DNA of 42,702 bases from an uncultured bacterium (GTDB lineage: Bacteria; Patescibacteriota; Minisyncoccia; Phycocordibacterales; PALSA-1337): NCBI GenBank assembly GCA_903870315.1, contig CAIQCJ010000001.1, forward strand, positions 1 to 42,702, given 5' to 3'. Below, in pieces: positions 34,898-42,702 of the stretch. Below the pieces are notes generated by a model. That model worked only from the letters and a program-made list of their open reading frames with translations. It was not told the DNA's origin and made no database searches. Within the stretch, counting starts at the first letter, position 1; the number at the start of each line of letters is the position of its first letter. The position numbers and the translations under genes were made by a program.

Positions 34898-35701
34898 ATG
34901 AGATTACAACGTTTTTATATTTCAAATAAGATGACCGGGCTTGTCGGTGATAAAATTGGGGCACAAAAGGAATTTTCTATCGATTCATCTGAACTTGTGA
35001 ATCAAATCCATCGAGTCTTCCGGTTGGAAGACGGAGACTCAGTAATATTATTTGATGGTTCCGGATATGATTATGAATGTAAGATTTTAGCTGGAGATAG
35101 TAAGTCTGAAAGAGCTAAAGACTCGAAAAAAACAATAGATAACAAAGACAGGATTACTTTTCAAGTGATCTCTTCTGTACGAAGTCGTTTTATGCCAATG
35201 AGGGATATTTATCTGTGTGCAGCTATTACAAAGAAGGACACTTTTGAATGGATTGTTGAGAAGGCCACAGAACTTGGAGTGAATCACATCGTCCCAGTCT
35301 TAGCTGAACGTAGTGAGAAGAAATCATTAAATAATAAGCGTCTTTATAAGATCGCCATCGAAGCTAGTGAACAAAGTGGACGTGGTAATGTGCCAGCCAT
35401 ATTACCTATAACGACACTTGAAGATGTTGTCGGTCTGGTGAAGAGTTTAGATAATACGAAAGCCATAGTCTTGCATACTGAAGGAGATCTTTTGGATAGA
35501 GGTGGTATCACTTTAAGTGATGGGATTTCTGGAGAAATACAACCTATATATGTTTTCATAGGCCCTGAGGGCGGTTGGTCTTTGGTGGAGATGAACTTGT
35601 TTCACGATAGTGAAATCCCTATAAAATGTCTTGGAAATCAAGTCCTTAGAGCTGAAACCGCTGTTGTTGCTGCCCTTTCTATGGTTGTATTTTCGAAATA
35701 A
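34898..35701 (+). CDS. rsmE: 16S rRNA m3U1498 methyltransferase
   Basis: EKATELGV, EASEQSGR, FIGPEGGW, LGNQVLRAETA. Confidence 0.96.
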   Translation: MRLQRFYISNKMTGLVGDKIGAQKEFSIDSSELVNQIHRVFRLEDGDSVILFDGSGYDYECKILAGDSKSERAKDSKKTIDNKDRITFQVISSVRSRFMPMRDIYLCAAITKKDTFEWIVEKATELGVNHIVPVLAERSEKKSLNNKRLYKIAIEASEQSGRGNVPAILPITTLEDVVGLVKSLDNTKAIVLHTEGDLLDRGGITLSDGISGEIQPIYVFIGPEGGWSLVEMNLFHDSEIPIKCLGNQVLRAETAVVAALSMVVFSK

Positions 35702-35791
35702 GTCCTTTCACACAATCTTGAATCAGTCTTCTATAGAGCTAGCTTTTTTGCTACTGATGTTATAGGCTATTCTTCGGAAAGGTAGGTGTAT

Positions 35792-36082
35792 ATGAAACAG
35801 AATGAAGTTTGCAAAAAAGCAAAAGGCGTCTGTTTGGTTAGACAGGGGCGGCTCAAAAGGTTGTTTGTGTGGGATCCAAAGAAGAGGTGCTGGGTCTCCG
35901 ACTCCAACAAAGAAGTTTCTGTGAGACGAATTGGTAAGTCTTCTTGGCGAGTGTTCGCGCCAACCATTAGCGCTGGGCAAGTCATCATCGTCTTGGGCCC
36001 AAAGGACAAAGACAACAGAGACTCCGCCTTTCGTTTGGCGGCTGTTCATTCGTGCAAGAAGGTCTTGCCGTCTGATACTTAG
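35792..36082 (+). CDS. Small basic orphan protein
   Basis: 96-aa ORF with an AGGTAGG RBS-like element, followed by a terminator. Confidence 0.55.
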   Translation: MKQNEVCKKAKGVCLVRQGRLKRLFVWDPKKRCWVSDSNKEVSVRRIGKSSWRVFAPTISAGQVIIVLGPKDKDNRDSAFRLAAVHSCKKVLPSDT

Positions 36083-36100
36083 TTGATAACCAAATGGATG

Positions 36101-36140
36101 AAAAAGCAGCGTCTTTCATAAAGATGCTGCTTTTCTCTTT
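36101..36140. terminator. Bidirectional intrinsic terminator
   Basis: AAAAGCAGCGTCTTT-cat-AAAGATGCTGCTTTT between convergent genes. Confidence 0.88.
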
Positions 36141-36154
36141 TTATTCCAGATGTA

Positions 36155-37252
36155 TTATTTGTCAGCTTTCTCTAGCCACTGAAAGACCTTTTCGTTAGTT
36201 AGGACTGTCTCCGCATAAGTATAGGCACTTTCACGGTCTGCATCTTTGTAATGTTCTATAATATGATTGACCTCCTCTTCTATCTCTTTCATCTCGGGCT
36301 TTATCTTTTCAGCCGAAGATATGGAGTTCAATATGAGTTGCAGTTTGGCTTTTTTCTCTGCATAAGGACGCCATTCTTTTCTCAAGTCCTCCAGTGTCTT
36401 CTTGGCGTGTTTCAAATAATCATCCAACTTGACACCCATCCTTTCTATATCAGCTGAAAATTGCGATTCTGTTCTGTGGAGCTCACTCTCTACCATGATA
36501 TCTGGAATTTCTACTTGGGTTTCTTCGGCTATCGCATCGGCTATGCGGATACGGCGCTTGTCTTTGGCCTCATTAACTTTCTGTTCAGAAAGCATTGAAG
36601 ATAGTTTATTTTTGAAATCCGGTACATCTGTAAAGTCACCAATCTTCTTTACAAAATCATCTGTCAGTTCTGGCATAGCGGCTTCTACAGCTTTCTCATG
36701 TTCTTCTGGCGACATCTTCTCATGGTCATGGCCTTCGTGAGGAGCACGTGATTTTCTGATACGCAAAATAGTATCATCAATATCTTTGTCAGTGACTTTT
36801 GTCTCATCGGCTGTAGATTTGGCCATCTCTTTTGTAGCTATCTTCTTGTAATCTGGCAATTTTATCTCTGGCATAACGGCTGTAGTTATCTTGAATTCCA
36901 ATGGATTATTTTCGGCCAGCTTAGTTATCTGCGTAGCCGGCTTTCCTATGGCATCGATTTTATTGTCTACAATGATGTCTATATAAGCTTTAGATAAAGC
37001 CAGTTCAGCCATCTCTTCAAGTATAGCCATTGGGCCTACTTTCGTGACTAGAATATTTTCTGGAACCAGACCTTTTCGGAAACCATCTATGGTGACAGAG
37101 TCGTTTATATTTTTTAAAGCTTTGGCACGATAAGAGTTTAGTACGGATTCTGATATGGAACCCATTATCTCGACCTGAGATTTTTTGGTCTTACTTATGG
37201 TGGCTGAAGCATAACTCTTCTGACTTTCTGTGTTTGTGGCTTTTGTTGTCAT
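36155..37252 (-). CDS. tig: Trigger factor lacking the FKBP PPIase domain
   Basis: Ribosome-binding motif IDGFRKGLVP, LPDYK and PELTDDF, then the C-terminal domain; only 365 aa. Confidence 0.92.
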   Translation of the reverse strand: MTTKATNTESQKSYASATISKTKKSQVEIMGSISESVLNSYRAKALKNINDSVTIDGFRKGLVPENILVTKVGPMAILEEMAELALSKAYIDIIVDNKIDAIGKPATQITKLAENNPLEFKITTAVMPEIKLPDYKKIATKEMAKSTADETKVTDKDIDDTILRIRKSRAPHEGHDHEKMSPEEHEKAVEAAMPELTDDFVKKIGDFTDVPDFKNKLSSMLSEQKVNEAKDKRRIRIADAIAEETQVEIPDIMVESELHRTESQFSADIERMGVKLDDYLKHAKKTLEDLRKEWRPYAEKKAKLQLILNSISSAEKIKPEMKEIEEEVNHIIEHYKDADRESAYTYAETVLTNEKVFQWLEKADK

Positions 37253-37343
37253 GACGATTTATTTTGACTTATCTTAAATAATAAATATTTTCTTTATGGC
37301 GTGAGTTTACACGGATAATAGATAAACTGCAAGAAAGCATAAT

Positions 37344-37375
37344 AAAAATCGGACACCTTCAGTTGTCCGATTTTT
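37344..37375. terminator. Intrinsic terminator
   Basis: AAAAATCGGACA/TGTCCGATTTTT inverted repeat. Confidence 0.85.
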
Positions 37376-37395
37376 GGCTAAATATTAAGTCTAGA

Positions 37396-37680
37396 TTAGA
37401 AATTCTGGCTATCCAATCCTTGTACTGATGTGTTCAGGTCGTTCTTGAGAGATTGCGTATCATCAGCGGTATTTGTCACTACCGGTACTTCTTGTGGTTG
37501 CACTATGGTAGTTGTGGCATTTGTATAGATATTTGAGTCTGATTTATCCTGCCGACCTATCTTAGAGGCGAATATATAAAGAGCGACGATGATCAGAACC
37601 AGAGCTATGACCAATGTCATGATTATAGGACCGATTTTTTTGTGTTCTGGTAGTATAGGGGCTTGATTATTGGTTTCCAT
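37396..37680 (-). CDS. Small single-pass membrane protein
   Basis: GPII...LYIF TM segment and an acidic tail. Confidence 0.75.
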   Translation of the reverse strand: METNNQAPILPEHKKIGPIIMTLVIALVLIIVALYIFASKIGRQDKSDSNIYTNATTTIVQPQEVPVVTNTADDTQSLKNDLNTSVQGLDSQNF

Positions 37681-37719
37681 GTTTTTATATTAGTTTGTAA
37701 GAGTTTGATTGCGAAGTGC

Positions 37720-38676
37720 TTATTGGTTAGTCGTAGTTCCAGTTCCAGGACATTTTGTAAATTCACAGCGTGGACCGGTGCGGCTCACATATGATCCGCC
37801 AGGACACAACATAGCTTCTTGGCTACATATCACGGGATTACCTTCAGGATTTTGTGGTGGAGTGCTTGTAGAACGGTTATCTGTATTTCCTTGGCCAATC
37901 TTTCCATTGGTTGCTCCTACGACTTGAGCCAAAGCTGTTACTACATTGTTCAAGGCATCTCGGGCATCTTTGATAGCGGCTATAGTAGATGAAGCCATCT
38001 GTCGTGGTACTTCGAGTTGTATACTTAATGTAGTAGTTGGAGCACCTGTAGATATGTTACTCATGATAGGTGTCCCCGTTGCTGGACTGAAAGCCGCGAA
38101 ACTATCTACGGAGCTTTTTGCTAGTGACAGCTTGTTATCAGCTATGACTAGTAAAGGCTTCACAGAAGTCATGTCTTTACCGCTTTGTGTGGCTTTGTCT
38201 ATACGGTTTTGTATCCTGTTTCTAACTTGGTTTAGATTTTCTAAAGAGCGTCTTAGTTGGTTTACGATCCTATTTTGTTGCAGTTTGAATATATCTAGGC
38301 GCAACTCCTTACGTTCATTGCGCTGTCCTGGTGGAATATTTTTTCCATCAGTACTTGAAGCCTGGTTGAGATCTTTGAGCTCATTGCGCTTTTGGTCTAT
38401 CTGTCTACGTATCTCAGCTTGTATGTCTCTCGGCGTGCTGGTTCCGGTCGAGGAAGCGAAGCCTAGCCTTCGGAAATCTGGGGTTGTAGAACCTGTATGG
38501 CCCATTGGCAATCGGCGACCTGTATTTTGCATGGGAGGTCTCTGTTCCGAAGATGATCCATTTTCAGAATTACCACGTCTATTATCTGCTGGTGGTGAAA
38601 CTTGTGCACTTGTTAGTAGAGGTATTATGACCAGTGATAACCCTATGGTTAGGCTTATTAATTGAGTTTTTTTCAT
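37720..38676 (-). CDS. Secreted coiled-coil protein with a C-terminal four-Cys module
   Basis: Signal peptide, helical middle region and CSQEAMLCPGGSYVSRTGPRCEFTKCP. Confidence 0.75.
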   Translation of the reverse strand: MKKTQLISLTIGLSLVIIPLLTSAQVSPPADNRRGNSENGSSSEQRPPMQNTGRRLPMGHTGSTTPDFRRLGFASSTGTSTPRDIQAEIRRQIDQKRNELKDLNQASSTDGKNIPPGQRNERKELRLDIFKLQQNRIVNQLRRSLENLNQVRNRIQNRIDKATQSGKDMTSVKPLLVIADNKLSLAKSSVDSFAAFSPATGTPIMSNISTGAPTTTLSIQLEVPRQMASSTIAAIKDARDALNNVVTALAQVVGATNGKIGQGNTDNRSTSTPPQNPEGNPVICSQEAMLCPGGSYVSRTGPRCEFTKCPGTGTTTNQ

Positions 38677-38769
38677 GGTTAAGTTGATTAAAGTATCTAA
38701 TTAGTAACACCTATTGTGAACAATGTCGATATGATCACTATAGGTGACTCTGTTTATTATATCACAATA

Positions 38770-38793
38770 CAAAAACCGCCCGTTTGTGAGCGG
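38770..38793 (-). terminator. Intrinsic terminator after hppA
   Basis: Minus strand CCGCUC-ACAAAC-GGGCGG-UUUUUG. Confidence 0.75.
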
Positions 38794-38854
38794 CTATTGT
38801 ATTGCGTGTATCAACTCTTGTTAACCGATTGATTTTGCCAGTGTTTTATTGGTT

Positions 38855-40855
38855 TTATATCAAGAACGGAACTATCAAAAGAGCCACAATGTTCAAAATC
38901 TTGATCATTGGGTTGATAGCAGGACCAGCTGTGTCCTTGTAAGGATCTCCAACAGTATCACCTGTAACAGCTGCTTTGTGAGCATCTGAACCCTTACCTC
39001 CATGATTGCCTTTCTCAATAAGCTTTTTTGCATTGTCCCAAGCCCCACCACCAGATGTCATTGAGATAGCCACAAAGAGACCTGTGACTATAGAACCTAC
39101 AAGTAAACCTCCAAGTGCAACTGGACCGAGTAGGAAACCGACGATGATCGGAGCTAGAACAGGTATCAAAGCCGGGACAATCATTTCCTTGATAGCAGCT
39201 GAAGTGACGATGTCGACACAACGAGCATAGTCAGGCTTGGCTGTGCCTTGCATGATACCCTTGATCTCACGGAATTGTCTGCGGACCTCCTCAACAACTT
39301 TCCCTGCGGCTTTACCTACAGATTCCATACAGAGAGCGGCGAAATAGTATGGAAGAAGACCGCCAATGAAGAGACCGACTATGACTTTGGGATTACTGAG
39401 ATCAAACCTTAGAGCTGGGACGAGTTCTGTATATGAAGCAAAGAGGACAATAGCGGCCAGACCAGCAGAACCTATGGCGTAACCCTTTGTAACTGCCTTT
39501 GTAGTGTTACCGACAGCGTCTAGAGGATCTGTGATGTCACGGATCTCTTTTGGAAGTTCGGCCATCTCAGCGATACCACCAGCATTGTCGGTGATAGGAC
39601 CATAAGCGTCGATAGCGACTACGATACCAGCCATAGAAAGCATACTCATGGCGGCTACAGCGATACCGTAGAGTCCAGCGAAGTGGTAAGAGAAAAGTAT
39701 TCCAAGGACGATAGTTATAAGAGGCCATGCTGTTGACTTCATTGAAATAGCCAGACCTTGAATAACATTTGTTCCATGACCAGAAACCGATGCTTGAGCG
39801 ATGGACTTAACAGGATTGTATTTTGTAGAAGTGTAATATTCAGTGATGATCACGAGGGCGGCCGTAACCAGAAGACCGACTATGGTACAACCAAAGATAT
39901 TTAGTATGCTATAGACTCCATTTCCTCCCATGATGAGAGAAGTTGCAGGGAAGAATGCGGCAGCAGCGATAATACCAGCAACAGCGAGACCTTTGTACAT
40001 TGCACCCATTATATTTGGTGTCTCGCTAGCATCTTTAGTCTTAGATAGGCGCACGAACCATGTTCCGATGATAGAAGCGACTATGGCGATACCACCCAAA
40101 GCTAGAGGGAATGTAACGGCACCACCGAAACTCTTGAAAACATGAGAACCGAGCATGATGGCTGCTATGGTTGTGACGGCATAAGTCTCAAAGAGGTCAG
40201 CTGCCATACCAGCACAGTCACCAACGTTATCTCCAACGTTATCAGCGATAACACCTGGGTTGCGTGGATCATCTTCTGGAATACCAGCCTCAACTTTTCC
40301 AACTATGTCTGTACCAACATCAGCAGCTTTAGTGAAGATACCTCCACCAAGACGAGCGAAGATGGAAATTAGGCTGGCACCGAAGGCAAGACCGATAAGG
40401 GATCCGACATTCTGTGTTATGGAGTAGAATCCAGTAACACCAAGAAGGGCTAGACCGACAACCATAAGTCCGGTGACTGAGCCACCATTGAAAGCTAGAG
40501 AAAGGGCGCTTTGTAAACCTTGCTTGGCAGCTTCTGTTGTACGGATATTTGAGCGAACAGAGACATTCATACCAATATAGCCAGCCAATGCTGAGAGAAT
40601 AGCACCAACTAAGAAACCGACTGCCAATATGATGCCTAGCTTCCACCAAAGAATGAAGAATAAGATCACTGCTATGACAGCGATAGTTCTATATTGGCGG
40701 TTGAGATAAGCTTTTGCTCCGGCTTGGATAGCTGCAGCGATCTCACGCATACGGTCATTTCCTGTAGGCTTCTTCATTATAGAAGCAGCTAAGAAACCCC
40801 CGTAAGCTATAGCGATCACTGAACAAGTAAGTGCGAACCAGATGTATGATGACAT
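38855..40855 (-). CDS. hppA: Membrane-bound pyrophosphatase, K+-independent H+-PPase type
   Basis: [69 protein letters not shown]. Start moved to 40855. Confidence 0.97.
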   Translation of the reverse strand: MSSYIWFALTCSVIAIAYGGFLAASIMKKPTGNDRMREIAAAIQAGAKAYLNRQYRTIAVIAVILFFILWWKLGIILAVGFLVGAILSALAGYIGMNVSVRSNIRTTEAAKQGLQSALSLAFNGGSVTGLMVVGLALLGVTGFYSITQNVGSLIGLAFGASLISIFARLGGGIFTKAADVGTDIVGKVEAGIPEDDPRNPGVIADNVGDNVGDCAGMAADLFETYAVTTIAAIMLGSHVFKSFGGAVTFPLALGGIAIVASIIGTWFVRLSKTKDASETPNIMGAMYKGLAVAGIIAAAAFFPATSLIMGGNGVYSILNIFGCTIVGLLVTAALVIITEYYTSTKYNPVKSIAQASVSGHGTNVIQGLAISMKSTAWPLITIVLGILFSYHFAGLYGIAVAAMSMLSMAGIVVAIDAYGPITDNAGGIAEMAELPKEIRDITDPLDAVGNTTKAVTKGYAIGSAGLAAIVLFASYTELVPALRFDLSNPKVIVGLFIGGLLPYYFAALCMESVGKAAGKVVEEVRRQFREIKGIMQGTAKPDYARCVDIVTSAAIKEMIVPALIPVLAPIIVGFLLGPVALGGLLVGSIVTGLFVAISMTSGGGAWDNAKKLIEKGNHGGKGSDAHKAAVTGDTVGDPYKDTAGPAINPMIKILNIVALLIVPFLI

Positions 40856-41081
40856 GTGATTATATTTAGACCGTGAGGTCTTTGTTAATAAATGGCCAGA
40901 TGGCCTTGTTAATGTATAGAACGACAATATAGCAGAGAAATGTAATTATGTCATCGGTACCTCAATGTATCATGGCCTTCGCAACGCCTTAGTAGTTTTT
41001 GGTATTGAATATTTTTTAGCCATGGTTTGATAGCTGGGGATGTGCCTGACCTCAAGGTCTGGCTTTCAGAACTAGTTGAGT

Positions 41082-41119
41082 AAAAAAGAGTCCTCCCATA
41101 GCCAAGTCTTTGGAAGGAC
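41082..41119 (-). terminator. Intrinsic terminator after nusA
   Basis: Minus strand GUCCUUCCA...UGGGAGGAC-UCUUUUUU. Confidence 0.75.
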
Positions 41120-41157
41120 CACTTCTTCTTTTCAATAAATAAATTTTGCTGTACAAA

Positions 41158-42384
41158 TTACTTCTCAATCTCCTTCGTCACCTTCTTTATTTCTTCTTTT
41201 ACTTCTTTTGTGTCTTCAATGGCCTCGTCTGCACCAACATTTGCCTCTGCTACCTCAGCTCCACCTGAAGACTTGATATCGATCTTCCAACCTGTGAGTT
41301 TGGCAGCAAGACGGACGTTCTGACCACCTTTGCCGATAGCGAGCGATTGCTCATCCTCTGTAACTGTGACAATAGCGCGATGTTCAGCCTCGTCGAGTTC
41401 TAGACTGATAACTTCCGCAGGAGACAAAGCCTCTTCTATGAAGAGAGCGGGATCTTCATTCCATTCGACTATGTCGATCTTTTCACCAGAAAGTTCACTG
41501 GTAACTGTTGAAACGCGAACACCACGTTGACCAACCATAGAACCTATAGGATCTATATGGGAATCGTGAGATATAACTGCGATCTTGGATCGAGAACCAG
41601 CTTCACGAGCTATAGCCTTGATTTCGACGACACCGTTTGCTATCTCAGGAGTTTCGGTTTCAAAAAGTTTTGCCAAGAATTTTGGATGTGAACGGGAGAG
41701 CTTCAAGACGATACCACGAGGAGTTTCCTCGACGGCATAGAGATATGCACGAATACGATCTCCGGTTTTCCAACGCTCGCTAGGTATTTGCTCTTCATAA
41801 GGTATGAGACCAACAGCACGACCCATATCTATGTGGACCATACCACGTTCGACGCGCTCGACAGTCCCGGCGACTATCTCGCCTTCTTTCTGGCCATATT
41901 CACTCATGACGGAGACCTTCTCTGCCTCACGGATCTTCTGGATGATAATCTGCTTGGCTGTCTGAGCGGCAATACGACCGAAATCAGCCTTTGCCTCGAG
42001 AGGGAATACTAACTCGTCACCAATAACGGCATCTTTCTTGATCCTGCGAGCATCTTCTATGAGCATGTGTTGCTCAGGATTGAAACGAATCTTGATATCC
42101 TCAACAGCTGCGTCTTTGATATCTTCATGTGTAGCATCTTCATCACCATCCATGATGACTTGGTTGCGATCGACGACGATCTTAACCTGCCAGAACTCGG
42201 TTGCTCCGGTATTTTGGTCAAATGAAGCGCGAACTATCTGGCCTTTTTTGCCATATTCTTTCTTGTAAGCAGTGGCCATAGCCATAGAGATAGCTTCCCA
42301 AGTTTTTTCCTTCGGAATACCACGCTCTTCTTCTAGTTGTGCTACGACGGCATTTATTACTTTCAGATCAAATATATTTTCCAT
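41158..42384 (-). CDS. nusA: Transcription termination factor NusA
   Basis: FGRIAAQTAKQ, S1 domain, AREAGSRSKIAV, SLAIGKGGQNVRLAAKLTGWKIDI. Confidence 0.99.
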   Translation of the reverse strand: MENIFDLKVINAVVAQLEEERGIPKEKTWEAISMAMATAYKKEYGKKGQIVRASFDQNTGATEFWQVKIVVDRNQVIMDGDEDATHEDIKDAAVEDIKIRFNPEQHMLIEDARRIKKDAVIGDELVFPLEAKADFGRIAAQTAKQIIIQKIREAEKVSVMSEYGQKEGEIVAGTVERVERGMVHIDMGRAVGLIPYEEQIPSERWKTGDRIRAYLYAVEETPRGIVLKLSRSHPKFLAKLFETETPEIANGVVEIKAIAREAGSRSKIAVISHDSHIDPIGSMVGQRGVRVSTVTSELSGEKIDIVEWNEDPALFIEEALSPAEVISLELDEAEHRAIVTVTEDEQSLAIGKGGQNVRLAAKLTGWKIDIKSSGGAEVAEANVGADEAIEDTKEVKEEIKKVTKEIEK

Positions 42385-42460
42385 ATATGTTTATTTAATT
42401 GTTATTCTGTTGTTATTAAGTTTTTGTACCGGGATCGATTACACTATTTATCTATAAAAT

Positions 42461-42526
42461 GCCGTAACTGAGCCCTTCTAACAAACAAGTCCGCCTTGCG
42501 GGCGAACTGATTACAGAAATAATGTA
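42461..42526 (-). promoter_or_regulatory. nusA promoter and leader hairpin (attenuator-like)
   Basis: Extended -10 TGCTACATT (-10 at 42521-26); stem AGUUCGCC/GGCGGACU followed by UGUUUGUU. Confidence 0.65.
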
Positions 42527-42586
42527 GCACAGCTATACAATAAAGTAAAGAATTAGAGTGTACGTTTTCTAGTCAATAGCTTGGCA

Positions 42587-42700
42587 TCACTTTGTGATTA
42601 ATTGCATCGGCGGGCGAAGTGAAATTCCCATGTGAAGTCGTTCGTTGTTGTAGTACTCAAGGTAATTCTTGAGGGCTTTGTTTAATGCGTGAATGTTTCT
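42587..42700 (-). mobile_element. 3' end of an IS481/IS3-like (rve integrase core) transposase, truncated by the window edge
   Basis: Manual translation gives RNIHALNKALKNYLEYYNNERLHMGISLRPPMQLITK*. YNxxRxHxxI...P is the rve C-terminal motif. Confidence 0.8.
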
Positions 42701-42702
42701 TG

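Noticed and set aside
37946-38665. 239-aa plus-strand ORF
   Set aside because: Fully antisense to a signal-peptide-bearing gene, with Ser/Leu-rich shadow composition and no motif.
40856-41080. Fluoride riboswitch upstream of hppA
   Set aside because: The GGnGAUG...CC core and pseudoknot were not found.
1-42702. CRISPR array, rRNA, or alternative genetic code (TGA=Gly)
   Set aside because: No regularly spaced repeat-spacer array or rRNA was seen. Conserved genes are uninterrupted in code 11, and TGA is used as a stop (for example at 12607).

Overview
This 42.7-kb window looks like core chromosome from a Patescibacteria (CPR) genome, most likely Parcubacteria/Paceibacteria. It uses genetic code 11, and most genes lie on the minus strand. 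Both ends fall inside the 3' ends of IS transposases: IS256-like on the left and IS481/IS3-like on the right. The left 12.5 kb is a co-oriented cluster resembling the Patescibacteria type IV secretion/conjugation-like machinery (VirB2-type pilin domain, PrgI, a TraC-like protein, VirB4 ATPase, VirB6-like protein, secreted proteins). An N-terminally extended UbiA-family prenyltransferase and rsmA lie immediately upstream of it. The rest is housekeeping: pcrA, LysM/M23 peptidase, comM, DksA-like protein, pnp, NYN nuclease, rpsO, a Xer recombinase, xth, cca, four tRNAs, yraN, HU, rny, clpP, rsmE, tig, hppA and nusA. The most interesting signals are non-coding. These are (i) three parS-like sites inside the cca coding sequence; (ii) an 11-bp-period direct-repeat array over the comM -35 box; (iii) long structured 5' leaders on the three ribonuclease genes (pnp, NYN, rny), with alternative pairings in pnp and rny, plus an attenuator-like nusA leader, in a region where many genes appear leaderless; (iv) a protein gene tightly bracketed by two tRNAs; (v) tRNA-Gly genes with an A73 discriminator; (vi) orphan mini transcription units; and (vii) a deletion scar beside tRNA-Gly. 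All family calls come from motif recognition by eye, and no database search was run.
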